Shown here: positions 50,109 through 63,146 of the stretch, piece by piece | How the letters are laid out: every line of letters begins with the position of its first letter | Position numbering within the stretch: position 1 is the first letter of the stretch | DNA from: Octopus vulgaris | Taxonomy: Eukaryota | DNA length: 64,000 nucleotides | Direction of reading: 5' to 3' | Assembly (NCBI GenBank): GCA_951406725.2 | Contig: OX597824.1 | Coordinates: forward strand, 36,952,001 to 37,016,000 | The notes under the pieces: generated by a model | Seen by the model: the letters and a program-made list of their open reading frames with translations, nothing else | Database searches by the model: none | Told to the model about the DNA's origin: nothing | Translations under genes and position numbers: made by a program

Positions 50109-50600
50109 GATTGTAAAATGTCCAGTAATATAATTTAGATGGCTTTAAAAGACAGCCCTTACTTATCGGCGATCTCTTTCACATGGTCAGCTAGATCCGA
50201 GTGTTGTACACATGAATTTATATGTATGTGTGTGTGTCTGTCTGTGTGTGCGCGTATACATAGAAAATGTGTGTATGATAGGTTGATGTTGACGGCGAAG
50301 TAAAAAAAAAAGGGTAAAAAGAGGTCTGAGTTGATATTTAAAAAAAAAAACAGATCCTTAAGCGGGAGAAACTACAAGATAAGAAGTAGTAGTGTCTCGA
50401 ATAATGCCAGGCAAATCAGCGGTGCCAAGCAAGAATTAGATGGACCCAGAGCGAGTACCTGCCGCTACTCGACTGATTGTGAAGCATGTATAGTCGTCGT
50501 CGCTGTGGTTGCTATAATCACCACCGCCGCCGCCGCCGCTGCCGCTGTCACTCCCTCCCTCTTCTCACTCCATCCCCGACATCGTCTCTATCTAATCTAA
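50109..50600 (-). promoter_or_regulatory. Putative myosin core promoter and 5' UTR
   Basis: CpG/GCC-repeat-rich segment 50495-50590; Inr-like ATCAGTC (minus, 50477-50471); GGTCC DPE-like motif one base off the canonical spacing. Confidence 0.45.
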
Positions 50601-51568
50601 CAATGAAACAACGATTGTCAGTCTCGAAGTTTGTCTCGATAAAAAGGGGTTCGCCTCGTTGACGACACCACTTTATTAACGAGACAATAATTACAGTAAA
50701 TTTTGTTTTCACTTTAATTTTTGGTATTATAACATTAATTGGTTGTCTAGATGAAGTGTAGCTTTTAGCAGGAATAATTAATTAAAGCTTGTCTTGAGGT
50801 CGATTACAGCTGTTTATTTAGAAGCAACTCTCAGACAAGGAAACAAACCCTCAAACAATTAAAAATACTTCAATACCCTCTTCGTTTTAAATCCTTTCAA
50901 CCGCAATTGTAAACAAGATAAGATTTACTTCTCATTGAAATCTGAGAAACTGACAAAGGTTGAAAACAGAAAAAAACAGCGGGAAACTAGATTTCTTAGG
51001 GAATTTTTTTCTTTCTCTTTTATTTCTAACATATAAGTTTTTTTTCTTCTTCTTCTAATGAGAAAAAAAGCAGCGACAGAGATTAATAAATGGACAAATA
51101 GAATTATTTTCTGTCTCCCTCAGATCAGAAAAAAATATAAATTTTTATTTCCCAGAAAATCAGTTATTGAAAGCCTCGAAATAATTCCGCATTTTTTGAG
51201 GAATTACAATTATTTCAGAGATTTCTTTGTCAGACTTTAAAATGAAAAAGAACCGAGGTTTTTGTCTCATTAGCAATAAAATTTACAAATTACTTCGGGT
51301 TCAAGCGAAAAAAGTGATTTTCCTTACATTCAAAGACTTAAAAAAAAGACTTAAAATATTTTCTTTTTCCCAAAATTTCAAGACAAAACTGAGTTTGGAA
51401 TCAGCGAAAGTATTTAATGCTTAGGATAAAGAAATATTCTTTATTTGACTTCGCAACACACGTGCGGATGTGTGTGCGTACATACATACATACATACATA
51501 CATACATACACACACACGTGAGTCTATACACATTCATACAGATACACACACGTATATATATAAATATA

Positions 51569-51624
<56 letters not shown>

Positions 51625-52143
51625 TACTTATACACATACACACACATGTACATACATAGCTACATTCATATACATGCATCTATACAAACATGCGTGCATG
51701 TACACGTGCATTTGTGTGTGCGCGCGTGTGTGTTGTGTGTGTGCATGTGTGTACGTAGGTGTATAGGTGTGCGTGCATGTATGTGTGTACGTGCGGGTGC
51801 GTGCGTGTGTGTAGTCTTGCATGTGTGTGTATGCGTGCGCACGTGTATTTATTTGTAATATCTTGACACAACCCTTACACAGTGCATGTCATTTCGTCTA
51901 AACAAGGTCTTTACCCTCTAAGGAGTGCTCTACAACTCATGAAGCCGTATGAATGATATCAGGGGGAAATATGCCATTTGGAAAAACGGTTGCGATTTCT
52001 TCATTTTCTTTCCTTTTCTTTCGTTTTCCTACAGAATTCAACCTGGTCTCCAACTCGCAGCTTTTTTAAGTCAAGACGGCTCACTGGGTTTGTGGGTGTA
52101 GGAAATGTTTACAATATGTGTGCGTGTGTGTGTCTGTGTACAT

Positions 52144-52478
52144 TGGAGGCACAATGGCCCAGTGGTTAAGCCAGCGGACTCGCAGTTTTAGGATCGCGGT
52201 TTCGATTCCCAGAACGGGCGTTGTGAGTGTTTATTGAGCGAAAACACATAGAGTTCCACGAGGCTCTAGCAGTGGGTGGTGGCGAACCCTGTAGTGCTCT
52301 TCCACCACAACTTCCTTTCACTCTTTCTTCCTGTTTCTGTTGTACCTGTATTGTCACACTCTGTTAGGGTACAGGTGTCTGGGGAGTGCTTAGCCACTTG
52401 CACGTTAATTTCACGAGCAGGCTGTTCCGTTGATCGGATCAACTGGAACCCCCGTCGTCGTAACCGACGGAGTGCAAT
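52144..52478 (+). mobile_element. SINE family C head with alternative tail
   Basis: tggcccagtggttaag / ggtttcgattccc boxes; tail shared with 19105-19380 family. Confidence 0.85.
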
Positions 52479-52729
52479 ATGCATGCATATTGCATACATA
52501 CATACATAGATACATACATATGCATATATGGGCACAGAACGTCACCAACAGTAAACCACATGAAATACGAAAATCAATGAGTTCAATACGCAAACACAGG
52601 GCGAAACAAATGGATACAGGACGAGTAACATAAAGAACGACCCTTCATCAGTTGTCAGCTGTCTATCTACTCCTCATTTCGAGCATTGATATATGTGTGT
52701 GTGTATGTACGTATGTATGTATGTATGTT

Positions 52730-53200
52730 ATGTCAGGTCACTTTCGAGTGCTGCTGGTAACATGTAACCCAGTACAACCTGTTGCATGGTTGAGCCGTCG
52801 GCGACTAAGTCATCAACCCCACCAAGCTTGCTTGGTGAGGAGGGTGTTTATTGGACACCCTGCAGGATGAAAAACAAAACCTGTCAAAGGGCGGAGGAAC
52901 TCTTGAGAGGAACGGCCATCCAATAAATGTCTTAAGGCTGTATCAGGCGCGGGGACATAGAAATAATCGGACTGAATATCCGATCGCACGGTTAAACCAT
53001 TGGAGTGAAGGACTCCTAGCCTTTGTTAGGGCATCCTTCTAGGAGAAGGTAACTCAGGTAACTTGGATAACTCCGACATAAAACCTGCAGCTCAGTGGTT
53101 ACCGATGACATTGACTTATTCTTCTTTTCAGACTATGGTTGCTGTTGCTTAGTGAGTGGGATTGACTCAGTGCACAGCCTTTCCTCACTTTAAAAAAAAT
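52730..53200 (+). mobile_element. Non-autonomous retroelement-like repeat
   Basis: GC-richer block between (TATG)n and an A-tail; agggcatccttctaggagaaggtaactc resembles RTE-type UTR motifs. Confidence 0.4.
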
Positions 53201-53529
53201 CTTCTTGCGCAGGCATTGCACGATAACAACATTGATTAAGCTTCATGCAATGGCCAAACTCGATAACAAGGGGGCAGCCACCATGTATGCATGTATGTAT
53301 ACATACATATATACATATGTACAAATGTGTTTCCCCGCCAGCGATATGAACAAGAATGCATTTTATACCCAAAGCCAATATGAGAGTTTCTCTCATGGTA
53401 TCTACCACAGTATAGTTTGTTCTAACAGAACATCCACATTTAAATGGTCATAAATAGTACCTACATACATATACACACACATAAATACATATATATACAT
53501 ACATATACACCATTTAACGTCTGTCTTCC

Positions 53530-54156
53530 ATGATGGCATGGGTTTGACGGCTTCACAGGAGCTACAGCCTTCCTATATGTAGCCTATGACAGCATTTTTA
53601 TTTCTTTTTTACTTCATGGAGTCAAACAGACTGTGGCACTTTAGTCCCACAAGTGTTTGTTGTCATACAATTTTATGTGTTGATATTTTGTTGTAGTTTT
53701 GTTTTGATTTTAGTTAGTTTTTTGTTTGTTTTTGTTCTTTTTGTTTTGTTTTATTTTCTAGCCAAGTCAAACTTCTTGGCATCGTGGACAGACATCAGAT
53801 GTTTGTCAAGGTGGTCAAGGTATTTTTAGTGTCTGCAATGATGACATGGGTTTGACGGCTTCACAGGAGCTACAGCCTTCCTATTTGTAGCCCATGACAG
53901 CATTTTTATTTCTTTTTTACTTCATGGAGTCAAACAGACTGTGGCACTTTAGTCCCACAAGTGTTTGTTGTCATACAATTTTATGTGTTGATATTTTGTT
54001 GTAGTTTTGTTTTGATTTTAGTTAGTTTTTTGTTTGTTTTTGTTCTTTTTGCTTTGTTTTATTTTCTAGCCAAGTCAAACTTCTTGGCATCGTGGACAGA
54101 CATCAGATGTTTGTCAAGGTGGTCAAGGTATTTTTAGTGTCTGCAATGATGACATG
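53530..54156 (+). repeat. Tandem duplication, 308-bp period
   Basis: Two near-identical copies; atgatgRcatg at 53530, 53838 and 54146. Confidence 0.95.
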
Positions 54157-54282
54157 TCACCAATCCACTAATTTCTTTGGTCATCAACATACTGACAACA
54201 TAGAGTAGAAATGGGAGAGGTCGCAAATTCCTGGTTGTTCATGGGGCAGTCTTCTCCTTCAAAATGCCCTTAATGCCTAGTG

Positions 54283-54732
54283 CAGTGTTTCTCAACCATT
54301 TTTTGCCTGTGGACTCCTTTGATTCCTATTATATTCAGGTGAGCTCATAGCCATTTGATGTTTTAAAAAATCCTATTCTTGTAAGTAAATTTTATTAATT
54401 TATGGAGATGTACTTGCATAGCAAGTGACTTGATCTGAGATTGTGTGCTGAAACAAAAACAATGCAGTGTGGAAGGTATTTATAAGCCATTTAAAAACAC
54501 ACAAAAAACATTAGATTCACTTCAACATTTAAATTTAATTTGTCCAAATACTTTTGTCGCTTTGAAAGCGCGGCCTATTCACTGACAAAATTTCACGTTA
54601 AGAATTGTATTAAAAAATTGTTAAAAATATTTTGTGTAATGTAGAAGTGTAACATTTTATTGCACATAAGTGTTAACAACAAAATCTTTTATGGACCCCC
54701 AAGTGTCATATGGACCTTGGTCAGAACCATTG
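54283..54732. mobile_element. hAT-type MITE relic containing a Penelope-like insert
   Basis: cagtgtttctcaacc ... ggtcagaaccattg ends; tggaccc subterminal motifs. Confidence 0.45.
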
Positions 54733-54984
54733 ATCCAGAGCAGAGGTTCGCAAGCATTTTCCACCTATGGACCTCTTTGATTACTATTTTTCTGGTGCCC
54801 CTCACCACCACCGTCACCATTGCCATTTGATGTTTAACTCTAGTTTATAGATACTTATTCATATTCATATTTTGTTTTTCACTCATTCACTCATGCATAT
54901 GTATGTGTGTGTGTGCACGTGTGCACATGTACAATTGCGTGTGCATGTGTGTCTATACACATGTGTGCATATGTGTGTGGGAGA

Positions 54985-55635
54985 AAGTTAAGAGAGCTAT
55001 TATCTCTGTTGGTAACAAAAAGCTTCACTCACAGAATGAATCGCATGATGCTTGCATATGAACAGCAATGCCACATGGTAGTGAAATGTGGGCCTTAACT
55101 GCAGAGGACATACAAAGGCTAGAAAGAATTGTTGTCAGCATGCTTTGCTGGATGTGCAACATCAGTGTGCATGTACGACAAATATGCTGAGAGAAAATTT
55201 GGGCATAAATATATCAGATGTTGTGTGCAAGAGAGAAGTCTACACTTGTAGAGTCATGTGGTACACATGGATGAGGACAGGTGCATAAAGATTTGCTAAT
55301 TGCAAAATGTAGATGGGACCTTCAGAAGAGGAAGACACAGGAAAACATGGGATGAAGTATTGAAGACTGATCTTAACCCTTTTGATACTAACCAGGCTGA
55401 AACCATCTCTGGCTCTGTAGTACAAATGTCTTGTTTTCAAAAGTTTTGAATTAAAATCTTCCACCAAACCTTAGTCACAATTTATGTTCGTAATACTAGC
55501 TTAATGATAACAATGTTATTTTACTAAATTCTTTGTTATATTTAAAATCAATTGAAAGAAACACAGAACATCTTAACAGAAATATAGTAACAATAGAGTT
55601 AAGATACTGCACTTCACAGAGGAGATGACAAGAAC
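54985..55635 (+). mobile_element. RTE-clade LINE 3' fragment
   Basis: Decayed HGSE(T)W ... RGRHRKTWDEVLKTDLK motifs. Confidence 0.7.
55377..55598. mobile_element. piggyBac-type MITE (family of 20525-20745) inserted in an RTE fragment
   Basis: TTAA duplication; the RTE reading frame KTDL|KIL is restored on removal. Confidence 0.78.
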
Positions 55636-55710
55636 TTCATTTCAATTTGGATCCTTATGACCCTTGGAGGTCTATAAGAAATTTTGTTGTTAAAATTTAT
55701 GTGCAATAAC

Positions 55711-55908
55711 AAGGTGGTGAGCTGGCAGAATTGTTAGCACGCCAGGTATTTTGTCCATACTTGCATCCTCAGTTCAAATTCCATCGTGGTTGCTTTTACC
55801 TTTCATCCTTTCAGGCTCGATGAAATAAGTACCAGTCAAGCACTGAAGTTGATGTAACCAACTTACCCCTCCCACAAAGTTGCTGGCTTTGTGCCAAAAT
55901 TTGAAATC
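55711..55908 (+). mobile_element. SINE family B
   Basis: Shared head, core and tail. Confidence 0.78.
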
Positions 55909-56037
55909 AAAATTTATGTACAATAAATTGGTTATATTTCGTTTTTGGATTTGGTTTGCAAGATTCTTGGTTATACTTCACCAATATGCAAAATATTTTA
56001 ACTATCTTTTTTTATACAATTTTTTATACAATAGACT

Positions 56038-56430
56038 CAGGCATGACTATGTGGTAAGGACCTTGCTTCCCAACTGCATGGTTCAGAGTTCAGTCCCCCT
56101 GTATGGCACCTTGGACAAGTGTCTTTTGCTATAACCAAAGGCTCACCAAAGCTTTGTGGGTGGATTTGGTATACAGAAACTGAAAGCCTATTGTGTGTGT
56201 GCATGTGTGTGTGTGTCTATGGGTGTGTGTTTTTGTATCTTTGTCCCCACCACCATTTGACAATCAGTGTTGACGTGTTTACATTCCTATGACTTAGCAG
56301 TTCGGCAAACCAGATCGATGGAATAAGTATTAAGTACTAGGAGTCAATTCATTTAACTAAAGATTCGTCAAGGCAATGCCCCAGCATGGCCACAGTCTAA
56401 TGACTGAAACAAGTAAAAGTTAAAAGAAAA
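56038..56430 (+). mobile_element. SINE family A (diverged)
   Basis: Full-length diverged copy. Confidence 0.8.
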
Positions 56431-56756
56431 GATAAATTCCTAGTAATATTTGAATTATGAAAATATAATTGGATTTTTTTTTGCATCAAATAGCCATTAA
56501 GGCCCACCCAAGCAAAAAAGAAGTCAAAGGGGTCTATAAGTAAAAAAAATGGTTCAAAACCACTGCCCTAAATGATTGGATGGAAGACCCATCCATCTAA
56601 GCAAAACTGAAGCTCTAAAGGCATATCACTCATACTTATGCTATTCAAATCTGTCAGGTTTACCAGTTCAAATATGCCAGGTTTGAACTCATAAACAAGC
56701 CATTCACTGTGTTTTGTCATGGAGACAATTTCTTGCTGCAGACAAATAGTGTAAAA

Positions 56757-56996
56757 AAAATAATAAATACGCCCTTTTTAAAGCCTAGCCAGGCTCATAG
56801 GCCTGGTTTCCCGGTTTCTATGGCGGGACACCAGTCCATCGCAGCATTACTCATTTTTGCCAGATGAGTGGACTGGAGCAATGTGAAATGAAGTGTTTTG
56901 CTCAAGAACACAACGCGTCGCCTGGTCCAGGAATCGAAACCACAATCTTATGATCATGATGCTGACATCCTAACCACTAAGCCACGTGCCTCCACT
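56757..56996 (-). mobile_element. tRNA-derived SINE
   Basis: tRNA-like head at 56930-56995; TSD-like gacaaat(a/g)gtgtaaa on both sides. Confidence 0.8.
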
Positions 56997-57377
56997 GACA
57001 AATGGTGTAAATACGCATAAATCAGCTTGCAGTTCTACTTATCCAGACTGTGAGATGCAAGCATTTTGGAGTGGTTATCTCATCTTCAGTCACAGAAACC
57101 AGATGGTGGTGCTGCTAGCTGATAAGAGAGATAATCTCTCGTATGTGATTCCAGTGATTGTACATCAGCTGGTAGTGTTAATCGGTGGCTGATTGTAAAT
57201 AAATTACAAGGTGGGAGTGCTAAGCAGTGATGTGTATAAATACAATGTCATTACCAGTTCAAATATATTAGTGACCCATTCAAACTCGTAAACTAGCCAT
57301 TCGCTGTGTTTTGTCATGGAGAAAATTTCTCTCTGTAGACAAATTGTGTAAGTACTGGCAAAATGTGTAAATATTAA

Positions 57378-57541
57378 GCTCAGGAGTTGCTGTGTGGTAA
57401 GTAGCTAGCTTATCAACCACATGGTTCCAGGTTCAGTCCCACTGCATGGCACCTTGGGCAAGTGTCTTCTACTATAGCCTCTGGCCGTCCAAAGCCTTGT
57501 GAGTGGATTTGGTAGACGGAAACTGGAAGAAGCCCGTCATA

Positions 57542-57614
<73 letters not shown>

Positions 57615-57812
57615 ATATAATTCTGTGTCTCTGTTTTTCCCCACCACTATCACTTGACAACCAATGCTGGTGTGTTTATGTCCCCGTAACTTAGCGGTTT
57701 GGCAAAAGAGACCGATAGAATAAGTACTAGGCTTACAAAGAATAAGTCCTGGGGTCGATTTGCTCGACTAAAGGCGGTGCTCCAGCATGGCTACAGTCAA
57801 ATGACTGAAACA
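57378..57812 (+). mobile_element. SINE family A
   Basis: Full-length copy. Confidence 0.9.
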
Positions 57813-57844
57813 TCGAACTGGTTATAACAATGCATTTTGTACAC

Positions 57845-58110
57845 ATCATTGCTTAGTGCTCCCTCCTCCTAATTCATATTTCTCTCCCTGCACCAAATCT
57901 GTCTCCAACAACTCTCTCCACCTCCTTTACAAGTCATCTTCCCGACACTGCCACCATCACCCTGCACCACTCATTTTTACCTCTCACTGCATTCACAACT
58001 TTTCCTTACTTACTTACTTTCCGCCCCAACTCTGTGTCTCCATTCCTGTCTGACCACTTCACTTACGTTCACCTCCTTGCAACACTGAGACAACGCCTTG
58101 ACTCATCTTC
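57845..58110 (-). mobile_element. RTE-clade LINE relic
   Basis: Minus strand reads as decayed ..RS.WSD..E..R-type RTE C-terminal sequence. Confidence 0.35.
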
Positions 58111-58218
58111 TCCACTTGTTTGAAGAACACATAAGAGCATCTAGATATGGACTACGGCCTTGATAAGCTTCATCTAGTCCATGCCGGACTGAAAAGAAAA
58201 CGGACATAAAATACAACA

Positions 58219-58249
58219 ATGGTGATGAAGATGATGATAACGATAATGG

Positions 58250-58326
<77 letters not shown>

Positions 58327-58485
58327 GTGGTGGTGGTGGTGGTGGTGGTGGTGGTGGTGGTGGTGGTGGTGATGGTGATGATGGTGATAATGATGATGAT
58401 GATGATTGTGGTAGTGGTGGTGGTGGCAACGATGACAATGATGACAATGTTGATGATGATGATGATGATGGTAATGATGATGATG
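58219..58485. repeat. Compound trinucleotide microsatellite (GAT)n/(GGT)n
   Basis: Direct reading. Confidence 0.95.
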
Positions 58486-58969
58486 CTATACATATTTATA
58501 TAAACACTTGAAAGTAAAGTCTTCGGTGAAATGAAGAATAATATGAAAGTAACTGAAAATAGAATGCCAAAATATAACCTCAAAGTTTCCTGTTTCTGAG
58601 GATCACGTCTTTGATTTACAAATAAAACTGGAGTTGTGATGCAGGAAATGGTTAAGAAGAAGAATATTGAGATAAGAAGGAAGCATTTGATTGGATTATT
58701 CTACAAAGATTAAATCAAAGAAAAAATATTGGCAGGGTGTGTAAACAATAAAGAATCACTTGACTAAAAAACAAACAAATACATAAAAGTGAAATAAGTA
58801 AATAAGAGTATAATTAAACCATATTAATTGCAGGTATTTTTTATTAAAACCATTCCAAAAATGTCCTTCACACTGAAATTCTACAATAAGGAGTATAGAA
58901 AGAAATATGAAAATGAGTGATTAAATTTATAGAGACACTGACAAAGCGAGAGGGAGCAGAGTGGACTTT

Positions 58970-59523
58970 TTCTTTATCGGACTCTTTTGCCAAATCGCTC
59001 AGTTACGGGGATGTAAACACATCAGCATCAGTTGTCATGCGATGTTAGGAGGACAAACACAGACACACAAACATACACACACACACACACACACATATAA
59101 ATATATATGTTCCTGGTTTCCTTGTCCTGTCTTTTACTGTTTTTATCTTTATTTGTACTGTTTTTTTTCTTCATTTGTATTGCTTTTACAGCCTGTTCTT
59201 GTCGCCTTTTTTTACCCCTCCGCAAAAAATTTTTATTTAATTCGCTTTGCGGGAAGGACTGTTTCAATGTAGTCGTGTTCTGCTCTTACCTTCGAAACAC
59301 GCAATAAGTCAAAACAGGGGTAGCTGAAGAAGGGGAATGTTCTTTGTGTTGTTTGTCTTGTACTCTGTTTTTTTGTTGTTAAAAAAAGTCCGTTTCCTTG
59401 TTTTGCTTTTATTTTTTCGTTTTTCGTTGTGTTCTACGTTTATTTGTGGTGTCCTGTACCCATATATGCATGTATATATATATATAGATGTACATATATG
59501 TATGTATGTATGTATGCATATGT

Positions 59524-59579
<56 letters not shown>

Positions 59580-59870
59580 TAATATAGGATAAAATTTTTC
59601 AAAAAAATTCTATCAGTGATGAATTATATGATTATTGACGACTTTGTCTATTTTCGGCATATATGGCATTAAATTTTTTTCTTTTGCCCTGTTTATAAGT
59701 TGTACAAATATATATATATATATATACATACATACGATGGGCTTCTTTCAGTTTCCGTTTACCAAATCCACTCACAAGGTTTTGGTCGGCCCAAGGCTAT
59801 AGTAGAAGACACCTGCCCAAGGTGCTGAACCTGTAACCATGTGGTTCGTAAGCAAGCTACTTACCACACA

Positions 59871-59875
<5 letters not shown>
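58970..59875 (-). mobile_element. SINE family A split at its internal microsatellite by ~600 bp of inserted DNA
   Basis: 3' part 58970-59100, 5' part 59720-59875. Confidence 0.75.
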
Positions 59876-59907
<32 letters not shown>

Positions 59908-60050
59908 GTACCTTGGTTTTTAACAACTCTGATCATGAATAAATTGTGCTTTATCTCCTGTCTTTCTCATATTCATTTAATACAGTAGTACTTCAGTTTA
60001 TGAATGCTGCTGATTACAAATAAATCATGCTTTATATATATCTATATCAA

Positions 60051-60123
<73 letters not shown>

Positions 60124-60241
60124 GCATGATTTATTATGTATGTATGTATGTATGTATGTATGTATGTATATGCATGTATGTTTATATTTACTTAACTGCT
60201 GTTGGTTTATATTGTGTCTCTTTATGTCCTATAACTTAGTA

Positions 60242-61471
60242 TTAGGTTGTTTCACATGAAATGTCATATTTGAAATAAAATGTTTCAGAAGTGTTAGAGA
60301 ACTGATTTATTTAATCAAAGTATGCTCCATGTTCATTTATGACATTTAACCTACGTTTCTGCATGTCATGTATTCCATTTTTTAAAAAAATTCCTCTTTT
60401 GCTGTGATAAACTGTCCAAATGCTTCGATTACCTCTTCTCTATTTAAGAATGTTTTACTGCTTATGAGAAGCTCAAAATTCTTAAATATAAGTGATGATT
60501 AGTACAAGAGATATCAAGGGAATAGGGAGGATGTTGCAAAATCTCTTAATTCAGGCTTTGCAGCTTTTGGACCGTAGCTTGAGGAATGTGAGGACATGCA
60601 TTGTCATGGAGCAAAATTGGGCCAACTCTATTCACTAGTCTGGGTTGGTTCTTTTTCAAATTCTCATGCATACAATCAATTTCTTGGCAATACGATTTTG
60701 CTGTTACCGTTTTTCCTTGTTGCAAAAATGAATAATGAATAACTCCCTTCACAGACCACCATACAGTGACCTCTAACTTTTTAGTGTGCAATGGTGGGTT
60801 TGATTAGTGTTTAGGTGACTCTCCTGCATCTAATCTCCATCCTGTTGTCCTGCTGTTATCAAAGAGTATCCATTTCTCATCCCATGTAGTAATGATTTGA
60901 TGTGAAAATGGTCTTTTTCCAGTCAAGAAAGCAATAAGGAGCACACTTCAAGGTGTCTGTTTTGTTTTAATCTCGTTCAGTTGATGAAGAACAAACATAT
61001 CTGTTTTCTTGACTTTTCCAATTTTTTACAGGTGTTCAAAAACAGTTGTGCGAGATGTTTGGAGTTCTGATGAAAGTTTTCAAACCTTTGTTCTCAAATT
61101 TTATTCAACCAAAGCATTTAATCCATCATGCCGAATAACTGATTTTGGCCTAATCCTTTACTTTCAAGGCTATCATCTCCTAAACAAGAACTTTTGAACC
61201 ATCTCTGAACAGTTCTAATGCCAACAAAACTACTACCAAAGGCCTGCTTGATATTCCATACACCTTTTGTAGCAGAGTGATCCAGTCTGTACTCATACGA
61301 GAAAATCACTCAACATAGTTTGGTTGTTATCCTTTTCATAAGATCTGTAGGTACGAATTTTCTATACCAATATTGTTGGAAAAGGAAAAGAGTCAAGATT
61401 AAATGCAAGGTATACATAATTGAGTTTTTAATTGACTGAAATAACAAGTAATTAAAAATGCGACAACCTGA
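60242..61471 (-). mobile_element. Full-length degenerate mariner transposon
   Basis: TA-flanked TIRs (ttaggttgt / acaacctga); relic peptides RTVQRWFK, VWWSVKGVIHYSFL, ILLHDNACPH; frameshifted. Confidence 0.88.
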
Positions 61472-61828
61472 TAGTTCAACAAACAGATTTTAATAAAATA
61501 AGTTACAGACTGGAATATGAACTGGAGATCAATATGATCTATTAAAACCTTTGACAGTGATGCTATAGCATGGTCACTATCCAATGACTGAAACCAGTAA
61601 AAGAAAGATTATTCACTATGAAAATATTCTGAAGCTAGAAAATTCCACTGTAGGCCTATTTTCCAATATTTGTTTCACTTAAGTTCTTGATAGCTATCCT
61701 CTTCCATATTGAGTGACCAAAACATAAACAATCCATTAACCAGAGAAAATGTCTAACACCATTCACAGAGGATAAATAAAACAGATAAGAATATAAGAAA
61801 TATATATATACATACATACATACATACA

Positions 61829-61864
<36 letters not shown>

Positions 61865-62868
61865 TCTTAAAGCTGTTAAAGATCCTGGCCTAAAAGCTCT
61901 ACTGTGAAGAGAATGCAAACAATATTGCAACAATTTGGTGATATTTAGAAGAAGAAAAAAGAGAAAGTGGATATATTTATTTATTGGACTTCTTTTTCTC
62001 AATAACAAAAAGATATGCTGGAAGTGAATTCCATTGTCTCTTCAAGACTTTTAGATATGGTTTTTGTATAGGCTTTGTTAGTTTTATTTCATGGTTTAGT
62101 GAGAAGAGGAAGGGTAATGATGAGAGGAAAGGGGGTAACGTGAAGAAGGGGAGTAAACGTGGGGGAAGGGGAGTAAATGTAGGGGGGAAGGGAAATAGTA
62201 CCCTTGACTCTTTCCTGGATGTCTGAGATTGAAAAAAAAAAGTTATCTTCCACTGAAGACTTTGCCCAAATTTTTGCAACACACCACACCCTGTTAAAGA
62301 CATTCAAACGTTTAGTTGCTGGTGTTAAAGCACAAAACCTATTTGGAAATAACTCAGCTATTCCAATCCATTTATCATTTCTAATGTATTTAATAATTAC
62401 TTTTCAAGCTTTGCATTTGAAATAATACAAAATTCTTTATCTATAAAAACTTCCATGATTTTCTTGATAAGCCAAATTCCCACTCGCTCTACAGCTCACC
62501 CACCCTTCTGAGAGAACCTTTATCTAATCCCATAATCATAGACCCACAAACAGAGTAGAAATAACATACTCAGCAAAATCCTGAAACTTCTTAAATGTAA
62601 TTTATGCAAATAAGGGGCTCATTTTTTAATCTATTCTTTTGAAATGAAATAATCACTGATAATTTTATAATTACCAGAATAATTCCAGTCTTCATATAAA
62701 AGACTCCTTCCTGAAATGAAGTAAAGTTTAGGCCTCTCTCACTACTATCTAACATTTATTAATTCTTTCAAAAGATCGTGTATCCACATCTGACAGATTT
62801 TCTTGATAGGTAATAGTGCTGAGTGGTTAAAGTGTCAGATAAAATGTCTGCAATATTTTGATAGGTTC

Positions 62869-63111
62869 GAAGGCAGCAAGCTGGCAGAATTGTTAGCACA
62901 CCAGGCAAAATACTTAGCAGCATTTCATCCAGCCTTACATTGTGAGTTCAAATCCTGCTGAGGTCAACTTTGCCTTTCATCCTTTCAGGGTCGATAAAAT
63001 AAGTACCAGTTGAACACTGGGGTCAATGTAATCAACTCATCCTCTCTCCCAATATTGCTGCCCTTGTGGCAAAATTTGAAACCATTATTATTATTATAAT
63101 TATTATTATTA

Positions 63112-63146
<35 letters not shown>
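62869..63146 (+). mobile_element. SINE family B with long (TTA)n tail
   Basis: Shared head, core and tail. Confidence 0.85.

Larger units (their letters stand above)
44600..53300. promoter_or_regulatory. CpG-retaining (probably unmethylated) domain around the myosin 5' end
   Basis: CG dinucleotides visibly frequent in unique sequence here and scarce in flanking unique sequence; boundaries estimated by eye. Confidence 0.6.

Noticed and set aside
58103-58583. Poly-S/P, poly-I/T and poly-M/V ORFs
   Set aside because: Trinucleotide microsatellite at a retroelement tail; no splice or domain support
59285-59335. Permuted hammerhead (GAAAC...CTGAAGA)
   Set aside because: Stem I cannot form and stem II has a mismatch at the core
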